Below, in pieces: positions 37,467-46,212 of a stretch of DNA of 64,000 nt (positions within the stretch are counted from its first letter, which is position 1; every line of letters starts with the position of its first letter). This DNA is from Clostridia bacterium. Its GTDB lineage: Bacteria; Bacillota; Clostridia; Christensenellales; Aristaeellaceae. The stretch is from positions 12,782-76,781 of the forward strand of contig JAFYDF010000017.1 in assembly GCA_017544935.1 (NCBI GenBank), in the 5' to 3' direction. The translations under genes were made by a program, and so were the position numbers. A model generated the notes under the pieces. The model saw only the letters and a list, made by a program, of their open reading frames with translations, had not been told where the DNA came from and ran no database searches.

Positions 37467-39173
37467 ATGGAAATTAAGGCCGCAATCGCCCAAACGATTC
37501 TGGAGGCGGCGAAAAAGGCTTTTCCCGATTGTACGCTCGATGTGGATTTCGAAGCGTTGCTTGAAGTGCCGCCGGACAGCAAGATGGGAGACTTTGCGTT
37601 TCCATGCTTCCGATTGTCAAAAGCACTGAGAATGGGCCCTCCTGTGATTGCACAGAAATTGTGTGCTGCTGTTGACAAGCCTGAGCTTTGCCGTTCAGAA
37701 GCCGTAAACGGCTATCTGAATTTCTTTCTTAACCGGGCGAACTTTGCCAGAGAGACGCTTAGCAACATCCTGGCCGCTCCCGATCGCTGGGGTTCCAGTG
37801 ATGATGGTGTCGGCAAGACTGCGTGCGTTGAGTACTCTTCCATTAACATTGCCAAGCGTTTCCATCTTGGGCATTTGTCGACCACAGTGATTGGTAACAG
37901 CCTTAAGCGCATTTATGATTTCCAGGGCTGGAACACGGTATCGATCAATCATCTGGGCGACTGGGGCACACAGTTTGGAAAGATGATCTGCGCATATAAG
38001 CTCTGGGGCGACCGTGAGACAGTCGAAAAGGGCGGCGTGGATGAAATGACCCGCCTGTATGTACGCTTCAATCAGGAAGCAAAGGATCATCCGGAACTTG
38101 AGGATGAAGGCCGGGCCTGGTTCAAACGCATTGAAGACGGTGATCCTGAAGCCATGGAAATCTTCCGTTGGTTTAAGGATGTGACACTGAAAGATGCCTT
38201 GCGGGTATATGATGTCCTGGGCGTGCATTTTGACAGCTATGCAGGCGAAAGCTTTTATGCAGATAAGACTGGCCGTGTCGTAGATGAGCTGCGTGCAAAA
38301 GGATTGCTTGAGGAATCCGACGGTGCCCAGATTGTTGATCTCAAGGATTATAATATGCCGCCATGCCTGATCCTCAAGAGTGATGGCGCAACCTTGTATG
38401 CAACACGGGATATCGCTGCTGCTATCTATCGTAAGGAAACCTATCATTTCGATACAAGTCTATATATTGTCGCATATCAGCAGGATCTGCATTTCCGCCA
38501 GTTCTTTAAAGTTCTGGAGCTGATGGGCTATGACTGGGCCAGCCAGTGCAAGCATGTGGCCTTCGGTATGGTTTCGTACGAAGGCGAAGCGCTATCCACA
38601 CGCAATGGCGTGGTCGTATATCTGGACGACCTTTTGAACCGTGCACAGGAGAAGGCACTCGAGATCATTCGCGAGAAATCACCGAATCTTGAGAACAAGG
38701 AAGAAGTTGCACGGCAGGTAGGTGTCGGTGCAGTAGTTTATGCAACGCTGCAGAACAACCGTATCAAGGACATCGATTTCTGGTGGGATCGCGCACTGAA
38801 CTTCGATGGAGATACCGGCCCGTATGTTCAGTATACTTATGCACGCTGCGGGTCCGTATTGCGCAAAGCAGGAGAACAGAACGCGGAAGCAGACTATGAT
38901 GCCCTGACAGATGATGAGGCGCAGGCAGTCCTGAGATTGCTGGTGCGGTTCCCTGAAGAAGTACGCTCCGCGTGCCGGGCGAATGAGCCGTATATGGTGA
39001 CACGCGCTGTGACGGAGCTTGCTAAAGCATATAATAAATTCTATTATGAGCACCGTATTCTGGATGAAAATGTCGCAGCGACGGCTGCACGTCTGGAGCT
39101 GACAAAGGCCGTACGCAGTGTGATTAAGACGGGGTTGTATCTGATTGGCATGGAGGCTCCGGAGCGCATGTAA
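37467..39173 (+). CDS. argS: Arginine--tRNA ligase
   Basis: 568 aa. HIGH-type motif in FHLGHLSTTVIGN. DALR anticodon-binding C-terminus. RBS GGAGGGG. Confidence 0.95.
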   Translation: MEIKAAIAQTILEAAKKAFPDCTLDVDFEALLEVPPDSKMGDFAFPCFRLSKALRMGPPVIAQKLCAAVDKPELCRSEAVNGYLNFFLNRANFARETLSNILAAPDRWGSSDDGVGKTACVEYSSINIAKRFHLGHLSTTVIGNSLKRIYDFQGWNTVSINHLGDWGTQFGKMICAYKLWGDRETVEKGGVDEMTRLYVRFNQEAKDHPELEDEGRAWFKRIEDGDPEAMEIFRWFKDVTLKDALRVYDVLGVHFDSYAGESFYADKTGRVVDELRAKGLLEESDGAQIVDLKDYNMPPCLILKSDGATLYATRDIAAAIYRKETYHFDTSLYIVAYQQDLHFRQFFKVLELMGYDWASQCKHVAFGMVSYEGEALSTRNGVVVYLDDLLNRAQEKALEIIREKSPNLENKEEVARQVGVGAVVYATLQNNRIKDIDFWWDRALNFDGDTGPYVQYTYARCGSVLRKAGEQNAEADYDALTDDEAQAVLRLLVRFPEEVRSACRANEPYMVTRAVTELAKAYNKFYYEHRILDENVAATAARLELTKAVRSVIKTGLYLIGMEAPERM

Positions 39174-39190
39174 GCGCGGGGGGAAAGGCA

Positions 39191-40027
39191 ATGCGTTTTA
39201 CGAAGATGCATGGAAACGGCAATGATTTTCTGTTGATCGACTGCTTTGAAAGCTATGTGAGCGATCCGGCAGGGTTTGCGGTGCGCGCATGTCAGCCGCA
39301 TACGGGCGTCGGCGCGGACGGCCTTGTGCTGCTGGAACCCGGAGAAAGCGCACCTTATGCTATGCGCGTATTCAATAAGGATGGCTCGGAAGCGGAGATG
39401 TGCGGGAATGCCGCGCGTTGTGTCGGCAAGTATCTGTATGAGCGTGGAATCACATGCGATAAAGAGATTACGCTAGAAACCGGAGCCGGGCTGACTAATC
39501 TGCAGATCGAGACCGAAGGAGGCCGCGTTACTCGGGTCACCGTTGATATGGGCACACCTGTGCTGGAACCGAGATTGATTCCTGTAGATATGGCGGGACA
39601 GACGGTGCTTAACCATCGCATGCAGGTTCTTGGACAGATGTGGTTCGTCACCTGCGTCAGTGTAGGCAATCCGCACTGTGTGATTTTTGTACGTGATCCT
39701 GAAGTGATAGATCTTCCTGTAGTCGGCCCTGCATTTGAGCATCATCCGCTTTTCCCGAAGCATACAAATGTAGAGTTCGTACATGTTGCTGACCGCAGCA
39801 CACTTCAGATGAGGGTGTGGGAGCGCGGCGCTGGCGAGACGCTGTCCTGCGGCACCGGCGCCTGTGCAGCACTGGTAGCTGCCGTTTTATGCGGGCATTG
39901 CGACCGGACGGTGCGGGCCGAGATGGCAGGCGGAGAATTCTCCCTTCATTGGAATGCTGACGATAATCATGTCTATCTGACGGGACCAGCAGCCTTCGTC
40001 TTTGATGGCGAATGGGCAGAAGAGTGA
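39191..40027 (+). CDS. dapF: Diaminopimelate epimerase
   Basis: MRFTKMHGNGNDFLLID. Two catalytic Cys contexts, MCGNAARC and SCGTGACA. Confidence 0.95.
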   Translation: MRFTKMHGNGNDFLLIDCFESYVSDPAGFAVRACQPHTGVGADGLVLLEPGESAPYAMRVFNKDGSEAEMCGNAARCVGKYLYERGITCDKEITLETGAGLTNLQIETEGGRVTRVTVDMGTPVLEPRLIPVDMAGQTVLNHRMQVLGQMWFVTCVSVGNPHCVIFVRDPEVIDLPVVGPAFEHHPLFPKHTNVEFVHVADRSTLQMRVWERGAGETLSCGTGACAALVAAVLCGHCDRTVRAEMAGGEFSLHWNADDNHVYLTGPAAFVFDGEWAEE

Positions 40028-40040
40028 CGGAGGGGCAGAT

Positions 40041-41246
40041 ATGCCGGCTCTTAATTCAAATCTCGCGTCCATGCCTGCCGATTATCTATTCCAGGAAGTC
40101 GCGCAGCGGGTCACGGCATACGGACAGGTACATCCTGACTACCCAGTCATCAGTCTGAGTATCGGGGACGTTACGCGCCCGCTTCCGCCTGTGGTATCAA
40201 AAGCAATGGCGGATGCAGCTATGGAAATGTCAACACCCGAGGGCTTCCGTGGCTATGGACCGGCATGCGGTTATGAGTTCCTGCGAAGCGGTGTAGCAAA
40301 GAATGTTTACGAACCGCGCGGTGTACAGGTGGATGCAGACGAGGTCTTTATTTCAGATGGAGCAAAGACCGATACATCCGCATTGCAGGAATTGTTGGGA
40401 CCTGAAGCGCGTGTAGCAGTCACGGATCCGGTCTATCCTGTGTATGTGGACAGTAATGCTCTGGCTGGGCGTGCGGGAGAATACCGCAGCGGGCTCTGGT
40501 CGAATATTGAGTACCTCCCATGCGTAAAGGAAAACGGTTTTGTTCCTCCTCTTCCGCAGCATTATGTGGATGCAATTTATCTGTGCTTTCCGAATAATCC
40601 AACAGGTGTTTCACTTTCACTGAATGAATTGCAGCGGTATGTGGACTGGGCTGTGCAGAACGGTGCGCTGATTTTTTATGACGCTGCTTACAGCCATTTT
40701 ATCACCTCAGCCGAGGTACCGCACAGCATTTATGAATGCCGTGGTGCGCGGGAATGTGCCATTGAATGCGGATCGTTCTCCAAGATGGCAGGTTTTACCG
40801 GAATGCGATGCGGATGGACTGTGGTGCCTAGAACATTGTATGGCGGTACGATCAACCGCATGTGGAAACGCAGGCTGGCAGCCAAGAGCAATGGTGTTTC
40901 CTATCCTGTGCAGCGCGCTGCGGAAGCGGTGTTCACGCCGGCTGGGAAAGAGCATTGTCGGCTGAATATTGAATACTATAAAAACAATGCAAGAATGATC
41001 CGCAACGAATTGCGCAAGTCTGGACTTGAAGTCTATGGTGGTGTAGATGCACCGTATGTCTGGGTGCGCACCCCCGGCGGTGTTTCGGGATGGACCTTTT
41101 TTGATCACCTTCTGGAACAGGCGCAGGTGGCGGGTACACCGGGCGAAGGTTTCGGTCCCAGCGGTGCCGGATATCTGCGATTAACTGCATTCAATACAGC
41201 TGAGAATACACAGGAGGCAGTGCGCCGCATCTGCGCTGCGCTGTAA
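40041..41246 (+). CDS. dapL: LL-diaminopimelate aminotransferase
   Basis: ATG after GGAGGGG. LASMPADYLFQEV N-terminus. PLP-lysine context SFSKMAGFTGMRCGW. Confidence 0.85.
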   Translation: MPALNSNLASMPADYLFQEVAQRVTAYGQVHPDYPVISLSIGDVTRPLPPVVSKAMADAAMEMSTPEGFRGYGPACGYEFLRSGVAKNVYEPRGVQVDADEVFISDGAKTDTSALQELLGPEARVAVTDPVYPVYVDSNALAGRAGEYRSGLWSNIEYLPCVKENGFVPPLPQHYVDAIYLCFPNNPTGVSLSLNELQRYVDWAVQNGALIFYDAAYSHFITSAEVPHSIYECRGARECAIECGSFSKMAGFTGMRCGWTVVPRTLYGGTINRMWKRRLAAKSNGVSYPVQRAAEAVFTPAGKEHCRLNIEYYKNNARMIRNELRKSGLEVYGGVDAPYVWVRTPGGVSGWTFFDHLLEQAQVAGTPGEGFGPSGAGYLRLTAFNTAENTQEAVRRICAAL

Positions 41247-41256
41247 CGGGGTGGAC

Positions 41257-42231
41257 ATGAAGAAGATAATTGCTTTGATCCTAATGACGGCAATGCTGCT
41301 GGGAGTGGCTTGTGCTGATGTTTCCTTTACCTATAATGCCTATATGGGCTACCAGGGCGAGAAAACTGCGATCCGCATTGAGAATGACGGCAAGAATGCG
41401 GGAGATACGGTAGAATTGCGCGATGATACTGGCGCCGTACTAGCAGAAGTGACGCTGATCCGTTCCAAGGGCAGGCAGAACGTTGAGATCACGGTACCGA
41501 CAGGACGTGCCTGTGTTACGCTCAGCCTGTGGCGATCCGGCGTCGAAGCTCCGGACGATACCGTAATGCTTGCAGCAGAAACTCGCCCTGGATACAGCAT
41601 AACTAAGGTGGAGAGGGACGACAAACTAATCTCCATTACATTTGATTCTGCAAATGCCCCTTCCAAGACGCTGCAGATTCTGGACCTCCTGGATCAGTAC
41701 GAAGCAAAATGCACGTTTTTCCTCCAGGGTACTTTCCTGAAAGCCAATCCGGAGGTTGTAAAAGAGATCGAAGCGAGGGGACATGAGGTGGCTAATCATT
41801 CGTACAGTCATCCGAACATGCCCGATCTGACGAATGACCAGATCATTGCTGATTTCAACAAAAGCAGCGCGATCTTTAATGAAGTGCTTGGTCACGAGCC
41901 TACGCTTTACCGCCCGCCGTCCGGCTATTCTTCACAGCGCGACCGCGCGATCGCAAGAGCACTCGGGCAGGAAGTCATAAAGTGGACAGTGGATAGCCGT
42001 GACGGCTTTAAGGATACAACGCTGAATACAGTGATCAAGCGTGTTCAGAATAATGCGGATTCGGGAGCAATCGTACTCATGCATGTGTATGGAAAGCATA
42101 CACTTAAGGCATTGGAAACGTTGCTGCCGTGGTATATCGAACAGGGATACAGCTTTGTGACGGTAAGCGATCTCCTGTTGACGGGAGAAACAGAAATTGA
42201 TACAGATGGCATACAGCATGCTGTACAGTAA
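41257..42231 (+). CDS. Polysaccharide deacetylase (NodB homology domain) with N-terminal signal peptide
   Basis: MKKIIALILMTAMLLGVACA. NodB motifs ITFDSA, HEVANHSYSHP, LYRPPSG. Confidence 0.85.
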   Translation: MKKIIALILMTAMLLGVACADVSFTYNAYMGYQGEKTAIRIENDGKNAGDTVELRDDTGAVLAEVTLIRSKGRQNVEITVPTGRACVTLSLWRSGVEAPDDTVMLAAETRPGYSITKVERDDKLISITFDSANAPSKTLQILDLLDQYEAKCTFFLQGTFLKANPEVVKEIEARGHEVANHSYSHPNMPDLTNDQIIADFNKSSAIFNEVLGHEPTLYRPPSGYSSQRDRAIARALGQEVIKWTVDSRDGFKDTTLNTVIKRVQNNADSGAIVLMHVYGKHTLKALETLLPWYIEQGYSFVTVSDLLLTGETEIDTDGIQHAVQ

Positions 42232-42371
42232 AATCCCTTGACAATGCTTGTCATACATGGAATAATATATACTGATTTGAACATTGTTAACCTTTTGAAC
42301 AGAAATCTTGATACGATAATAATGTGTCTCCTCCATAGTGTTTAGACTTGACCATTAAGGAGGTTGCGTTC

Positions 42372-42584
42372 ATGTATACCAAAGAAGAAGTTTCTCTCCT
42401 CACTGCTGCTTCCAAAACGTTTGATTTCGGCAACGGCCGTTGCAAAACGATCGTGTCTTCCCAGACACTCAATGTCAAAGATTCTTCCGGCAAATGGGTA
42501 GAAATTAATAACACTTTCATAGAAGAAAAAGACGGCTCCGGCCGTTTTTTGCGTAATACAGAAAACATCGCATTGGATGTTTGA
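42372..42584 (+). CDS. 70-aa ORF, possibly an N-terminal fragment of a large surface/RHS-type protein
   Basis: Strong RBS TAAGGAGG 7 nt upstream. The sequence SKTFDFGNGRCKTIVSSQTLNVKDSSGKWVEINNTF resembles N-terminal regions of wall-associated/RHS proteins (from memory). It ends abruptly in AT-rich DNA. Confidence 0.4.
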   Translation: MYTKEEVSLLTAASKTFDFGNGRCKTIVSSQTLNVKDSSGKWVEINNTFIEEKDGSGRFLRNTENIALDV

Positions 42585-42641
42585 GATAGTAGATCTTTTG
42601 ACGCCCTAATCGTATTATTAGGTAAAGGAGAGCCAGACGTT

Positions 42642-42837
42642 ATGAATAGATTTATTCTTACAGTTTTAATTATTTCTCTATTATTCTCAACAATATATAG
42701 TTGAAGATTATTACAAAGATTTTCAGATATGGGAAACGGATGGATTATATATATTTCAAACACATAATAATAAAATGGGTTTCTTTAACAGTCAAAATTA
42801 TTTCTTTTTTCCACCTCAGGATATTATGAAAGCGTGA
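42642..42837 (+). pseudogene. Frameshifted small secreted-protein gene (signal peptide ORF + WG-repeat-like ORF), or a 20-aa hydrophobic peptide
   Basis: AAAGGAGAG RBS, then MNRFILTVLIISLLFSTIYS* (42642-42704). The overlapping frame from 42700 reads VEDYYKDFQIWETDGLYIFQTHNNKMGFFNSQNYFFFPPQDIMKA* up to 42837. Confidence 0.3.
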
Positions 42838-42983
42838 TGAACTCAAAGCAATGCCAAACATCAGTGATCTTTTCAATATTATAATGCGGCTTAGGGAGAC
42901 TCGAAAAGAAAGAACTTCAGAAGGATTGTATTGTAACAATTTATAATAAAAAAGTACATTGTAGAGAAAAAGAGGGGGAGAAA

Positions 42984-43664
42984 ATGAAAAAGAAACTAGT
43001 TGTGCTGCTAATAATTCTTTGTATGAATACTTATGCTATTTCATCATCTGCGGAATCATTATTTCAAGGAGTTCAGTTAACGGATAGTAACTATACCCTT
43101 GATTATCAATTGTTTTACTATTCATTATTAATGGTAGATTATCTTGGTGCAGGAACAATTAGCACTAATATCCAAAAGGCTAATAGGATGGTAGAATGGA
43201 CAGAATACCCAATAGACAAAAAGTATAGTTTTGAGCAAGATAGCTTTGGCACGCACTTTGTTGCTGAATATGCATTCGGATCGCGGATTGGTGTGTTAAT
43301 AAGATCTGCTGGATTAAATTTCACAGATTTGTTTCAGAGCGCATTTATATATAATGCAGACAAACAAGAAGATAGTGCTCTTTTTGGCTTTTTATATGAG
43401 GATCAATACCATGCCTATACGATTGATGACTTTCTTACGAAATTTGGATCTATAGATACAGTTGAAATACTATTGTCAGTGAAAACACCATATGTTGAAA
43501 TCAAGGATGATGCAGTAGTGTGCATATATGAAAAACCAGAAATGTCAACAACAGAAACCGTCGCATCTTTTACAATAGATATTGATGAGAATGGACAACC
43601 TTCTGTTACAATTCTCAATAGTATCGATGGCTTAAATTTAAACTTAAATCTAACAAGTCCATGA
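42984..43664 (+). CDS. Hypothetical secreted protein (226 aa)
   Basis: RBS AGAGGGGGAG. Signal peptide MKKKLVVLLIILCMNTYAISSSA. No family recognised. Low-GC gene. Confidence 0.6.
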   Translation: MKKKLVVLLIILCMNTYAISSSAESLFQGVQLTDSNYTLDYQLFYYSLLMVDYLGAGTISTNIQKANRMVEWTEYPIDKKYSFEQDSFGTHFVAEYAFGSRIGVLIRSAGLNFTDLFQSAFIYNADKQEDSALFGFLYEDQYHAYTIDDFLTKFGSIDTVEILLSVKTPYVEIKDDAVVCIYEKPEMSTTETVASFTIDIDENGQPSVTILNSIDGLNLNLNLTSP

Positions 43665-43769
43665 TGAATGTATAATGTTCCCTTTGTCAAAGACAATCGA
43701 CTTTTCCTATAGGAAATCGCCTGGATAGGGTAACGCAGAAATGATATTCTAGCGTCAGCTGGCCTCTGA

Positions 43770-43800
43770 AGGGCGATGTCATACGGTATCGCTCTTTTTT
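43770..43800 (+). terminator. Rho-independent terminator inside the AT-rich islet
   Basis: AGGGCGATgtcatacggtATCGCTCT followed by TTTTTT. Confidence 0.6.
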
Positions 43801-44052
43801 GATTTCATTGTTAATTGGCAAAGGAAATAATGGTGCTTATCTACCCTTTGGAACAAGCGATAAGTCCTGTGGACAAGAAACAGATAACTTGATGTATCGA
43901 CAGGTGAATCGATAGGGAGCGAGTTTTCCGCTGATTATGCTGACAATTGTCAATTTGTTGACAATGGCAAATTTCCTCTTTATTTTGTTCATAATATATG
44001 TTAAAATATCTGACGGCGTATTTTAATGCGGCCTAAAAATCAGGAGGAAACT

Positions 44053-45114
44053 GTGAAGCGCACTGATAAGCTGCTGGCGATGCTGCCTGAAAAAACGGCG
44101 GCGCTGCTGCACAATCGATCCAATATCTTTTACCTGAGCGGCTATACCGGCGAAGGGCTTCTGCTGGTAGGCGGAGACATCCGTGCGGTGATTACAGACT
44201 TCCGTTATGTGGAAGCCGCTCAAAAACAGTGCCCGGGATTCACGGTGCATGCTATCCGTGCCGGTGTGAGTCATGTACAGCTGGCAGCTCAACTGCTTAG
44301 GGATGCGGGCATTACACGGGTAGCCATTGAAGATAACATTGTTACCGTACGCAGCATGAAAGCTATCGAGGAAGCCATGCCCGGCGTCGCATTTGAGCCG
44401 CTTGACTTCAAGCCTGAGAAGCTTCGTGAGATCAAGGATGAAGATGAGCTGAGCCGCATTGAGCGTGCATGCGACATTACCTGCCAGGCGTTCGAATATA
44501 TCTGTGGATTTATTGCGCCTGGGCGCACTGAGCGTGAAGTCCAGATGGCTCTGGACTATAAGATGCTTCAGTTGGGTGCACAGAGACTTGCTTTCAGCAC
44601 CATTGTAGCTGCTGGCCCGAACGGTTCACTGCCTCATGCTGTACCAGGAGACCGTGAGATCGAAACGGGCGATATGGTGACGATGGATTTCGGAGCCAAG
44701 GTGGACGGCTACTGCGCGGACATGACGCGTACTGTAGCAGTCGGGCAGCCCTCCGATAAAATGCGCCGCATCTATGATATCGTGCTTCAGGCGCAGGAGA
44801 CCGCACAGGCTGCAGTGGCACCCGGCAGGAATTGCTGCGATATTGATGCCATTGCACGTGATATCATCAGCGAAGCCGGATACGGCGAATGCTTCGGCCA
44901 TAGCCTGGGGCATGGCGTCGGTATCGACATTCATGAGGAACCGCGCCTTTCCACGCGTTCCGAACAGGTGCTCACGACCGGCCATATCGTAACGGTCGAA
45001 CCCGGCATCTACGTTCCCGGACTGGGCGGCGTACGCATCGAGAACACCTGCGTGGTTACCGAGACCGGTGTACGCGCACTTTGTACCGCTTCCAAGGAGC
45101 TGCGCATTCTGTAA
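44053..45114 (+). CDS. Xaa-Pro aminopeptidase/dipeptidase, peptidase family M24
   Basis: GTG 5 nt after AGGAGGAAA. Metal ligand blocks DFGAKVDGYCADMTRT, HSLGHGVGIDIHEEP, TVEPGIY. Confidence 0.9.
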   Translation: MKRTDKLLAMLPEKTAALLHNRSNIFYLSGYTGEGLLLVGGDIRAVITDFRYVEAAQKQCPGFTVHAIRAGVSHVQLAAQLLRDAGITRVAIEDNIVTVRSMKAIEEAMPGVAFEPLDFKPEKLREIKDEDELSRIERACDITCQAFEYICGFIAPGRTEREVQMALDYKMLQLGAQRLAFSTIVAAGPNGSLPHAVPGDREIETGDMVTMDFGAKVDGYCADMTRTVAVGQPSDKMRRIYDIVLQAQETAQAAVAPGRNCCDIDAIARDIISEAGYGECFGHSLGHGVGIDIHEEPRLSTRSEQVLTTGHIVTVEPGIYVPGLGGVRIENTCVVTETGVRALCTASKELRIL

Positions 45115-45159
45115 TGCCGCACCCTTAAGCAATATCAATGATTAGATGGAGGAATGAAC

Positions 45160-45717
45160 ATGATTACTGCGGGCGATTTCAAAAAAGGCATTACGGTCGA
45201 ATGGGACGGCGGCGTGTGGACAATCGTTGATTTCCAGCACGTAAAACCCGGCAAAGGCGCTGCGTTTGTTCGCACCAAGATCAAGAATATCATGACCGGC
45301 GCCGTGGTGGAGCGTTCCTTTAACCCCACCGATAAAATGCCCAAGGCCGTGATTGAGACCAAGGAGATGGAATATCTCTACAATGATGGCGAACTGTACT
45401 ACTTCATGGATCCCGAGACCTATGAGCAGATGCCCCTCAACCACAGCCAGGTGGAGGATGCCATTCAGTTCGTTAAGGAAAACACCAATGTGACTATCCG
45501 CTACTTCAAGGGCAGCGCCTTCTCCGTTGAAGCGCCGAACTTCGTTGAGCTTGAAGTGACTCAGACCGAGCCCGGCTTCAAGGGTGACACTGCCACGAAC
45601 AACTTCAAGCCCGCTACCGTTGAAACCGGTTACGAGCTGATGGTGCCTCTGTTCATCAATATTGGCGATAAGATCAAGATCGATACCCGTTCCGGCGAGT
45701 ATCTGTCCAGAGCGTAA
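45160..45717 (+). CDS. efp: Elongation factor P
   Basis: [43 protein letters not shown]. The ATG at 45160 has better spacing from GGAGGA than the ATG at 45154. Confidence 0.95.
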   Translation: MITAGDFKKGITVEWDGGVWTIVDFQHVKPGKGAAFVRTKIKNIMTGAVVERSFNPTDKMPKAVIETKEMEYLYNDGELYYFMDPETYEQMPLNHSQVEDAIQFVKENTNVTIRYFKGSAFSVEAPNFVELEVTQTEPGFKGDTATNNFKPATVETGYELMVPLFINIGDKIKIDTRSGEYLSRA

Positions 45718-45726
45718 GGAGTTAAA

Positions 45727-46161
45727 ATGAGCAGTATCAATGACCGCGTCGCATATCTCAAAGGTCTTGCAGAAGGCATGAAGCTGAGTGATGAGACTAA
45801 TGAGGGCAAGCTGCTGCTGAAGATGCTGGATGTGCTGGAAGACATGGCAGAAGAACTGACAGCACTGCGCGCTGACCATGACGAGCTGGATGAGTACGTC
45901 GAGAGCATCGACGATGATCTGGCCGATATGGAAGAGTATCTCTTCGATGACGAAGAAGAAGATGCTTACGACGATGACGAAGACGAAGAGGACGAAGATG
46001 GGGACGAGGACGATCAGGTGGTCGTATATGAGTGCCCGCACTGCGGAAATGAAGTGACCTTCGAAATTGACGGCTTTGACTTCGAAGAGGAAAACCTCTG
46101 TCCCTCCTGTGGGAAGCCGCTGTTCCCAACGGATGAGGAAGAAGAGGAAGAAAAAGAATAA
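45727..46161 (+). CDS. Acidic zinc-ribbon protein downstream of efp
   Basis: 144 aa. Helical N-terminus, a D/E run, CPHCG…CPSCG zinc ribbon, and an EEEEEEKE tail. Resembles the clostridial 'CD1247 N-terminal domain' proteins (from memory). Confidence 0.65.
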   Translation: MSSINDRVAYLKGLAEGMKLSDETNEGKLLLKMLDVLEDMAEELTALRADHDELDEYVESIDDDLADMEEYLFDDEEEDAYDDDEDEEDEDGDEDDQVVVYECPHCGNEVTFEIDGFDFEEENLCPSCGKPLFPTDEEEEEEKE

Positions 46162-46167
46162 AACATG

Positions 46168-46193
46168 AAAGCGCTTCTCAGGAAGCGCTTTTT
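46168..46193 (+). terminator. Rho-independent terminator after the efp operon
   Basis: AAAGCGCTTCtcagGAAGCGCTTTTT, directly after the stop at 46161. Confidence 0.75.
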
Positions 46194-46212
46194 CATGGGA
46201 GAGGTCGGAAAG

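Noticed and set aside
42287-42939. Minus-strand ORFs of 158 aa and 64 aa in the AT-rich islet.
   Set aside because: They have no RBS. They overlap plus-strand ORFs that do have strong RBSs, and their composition is typical of chance ORFs in AT-rich DNA.
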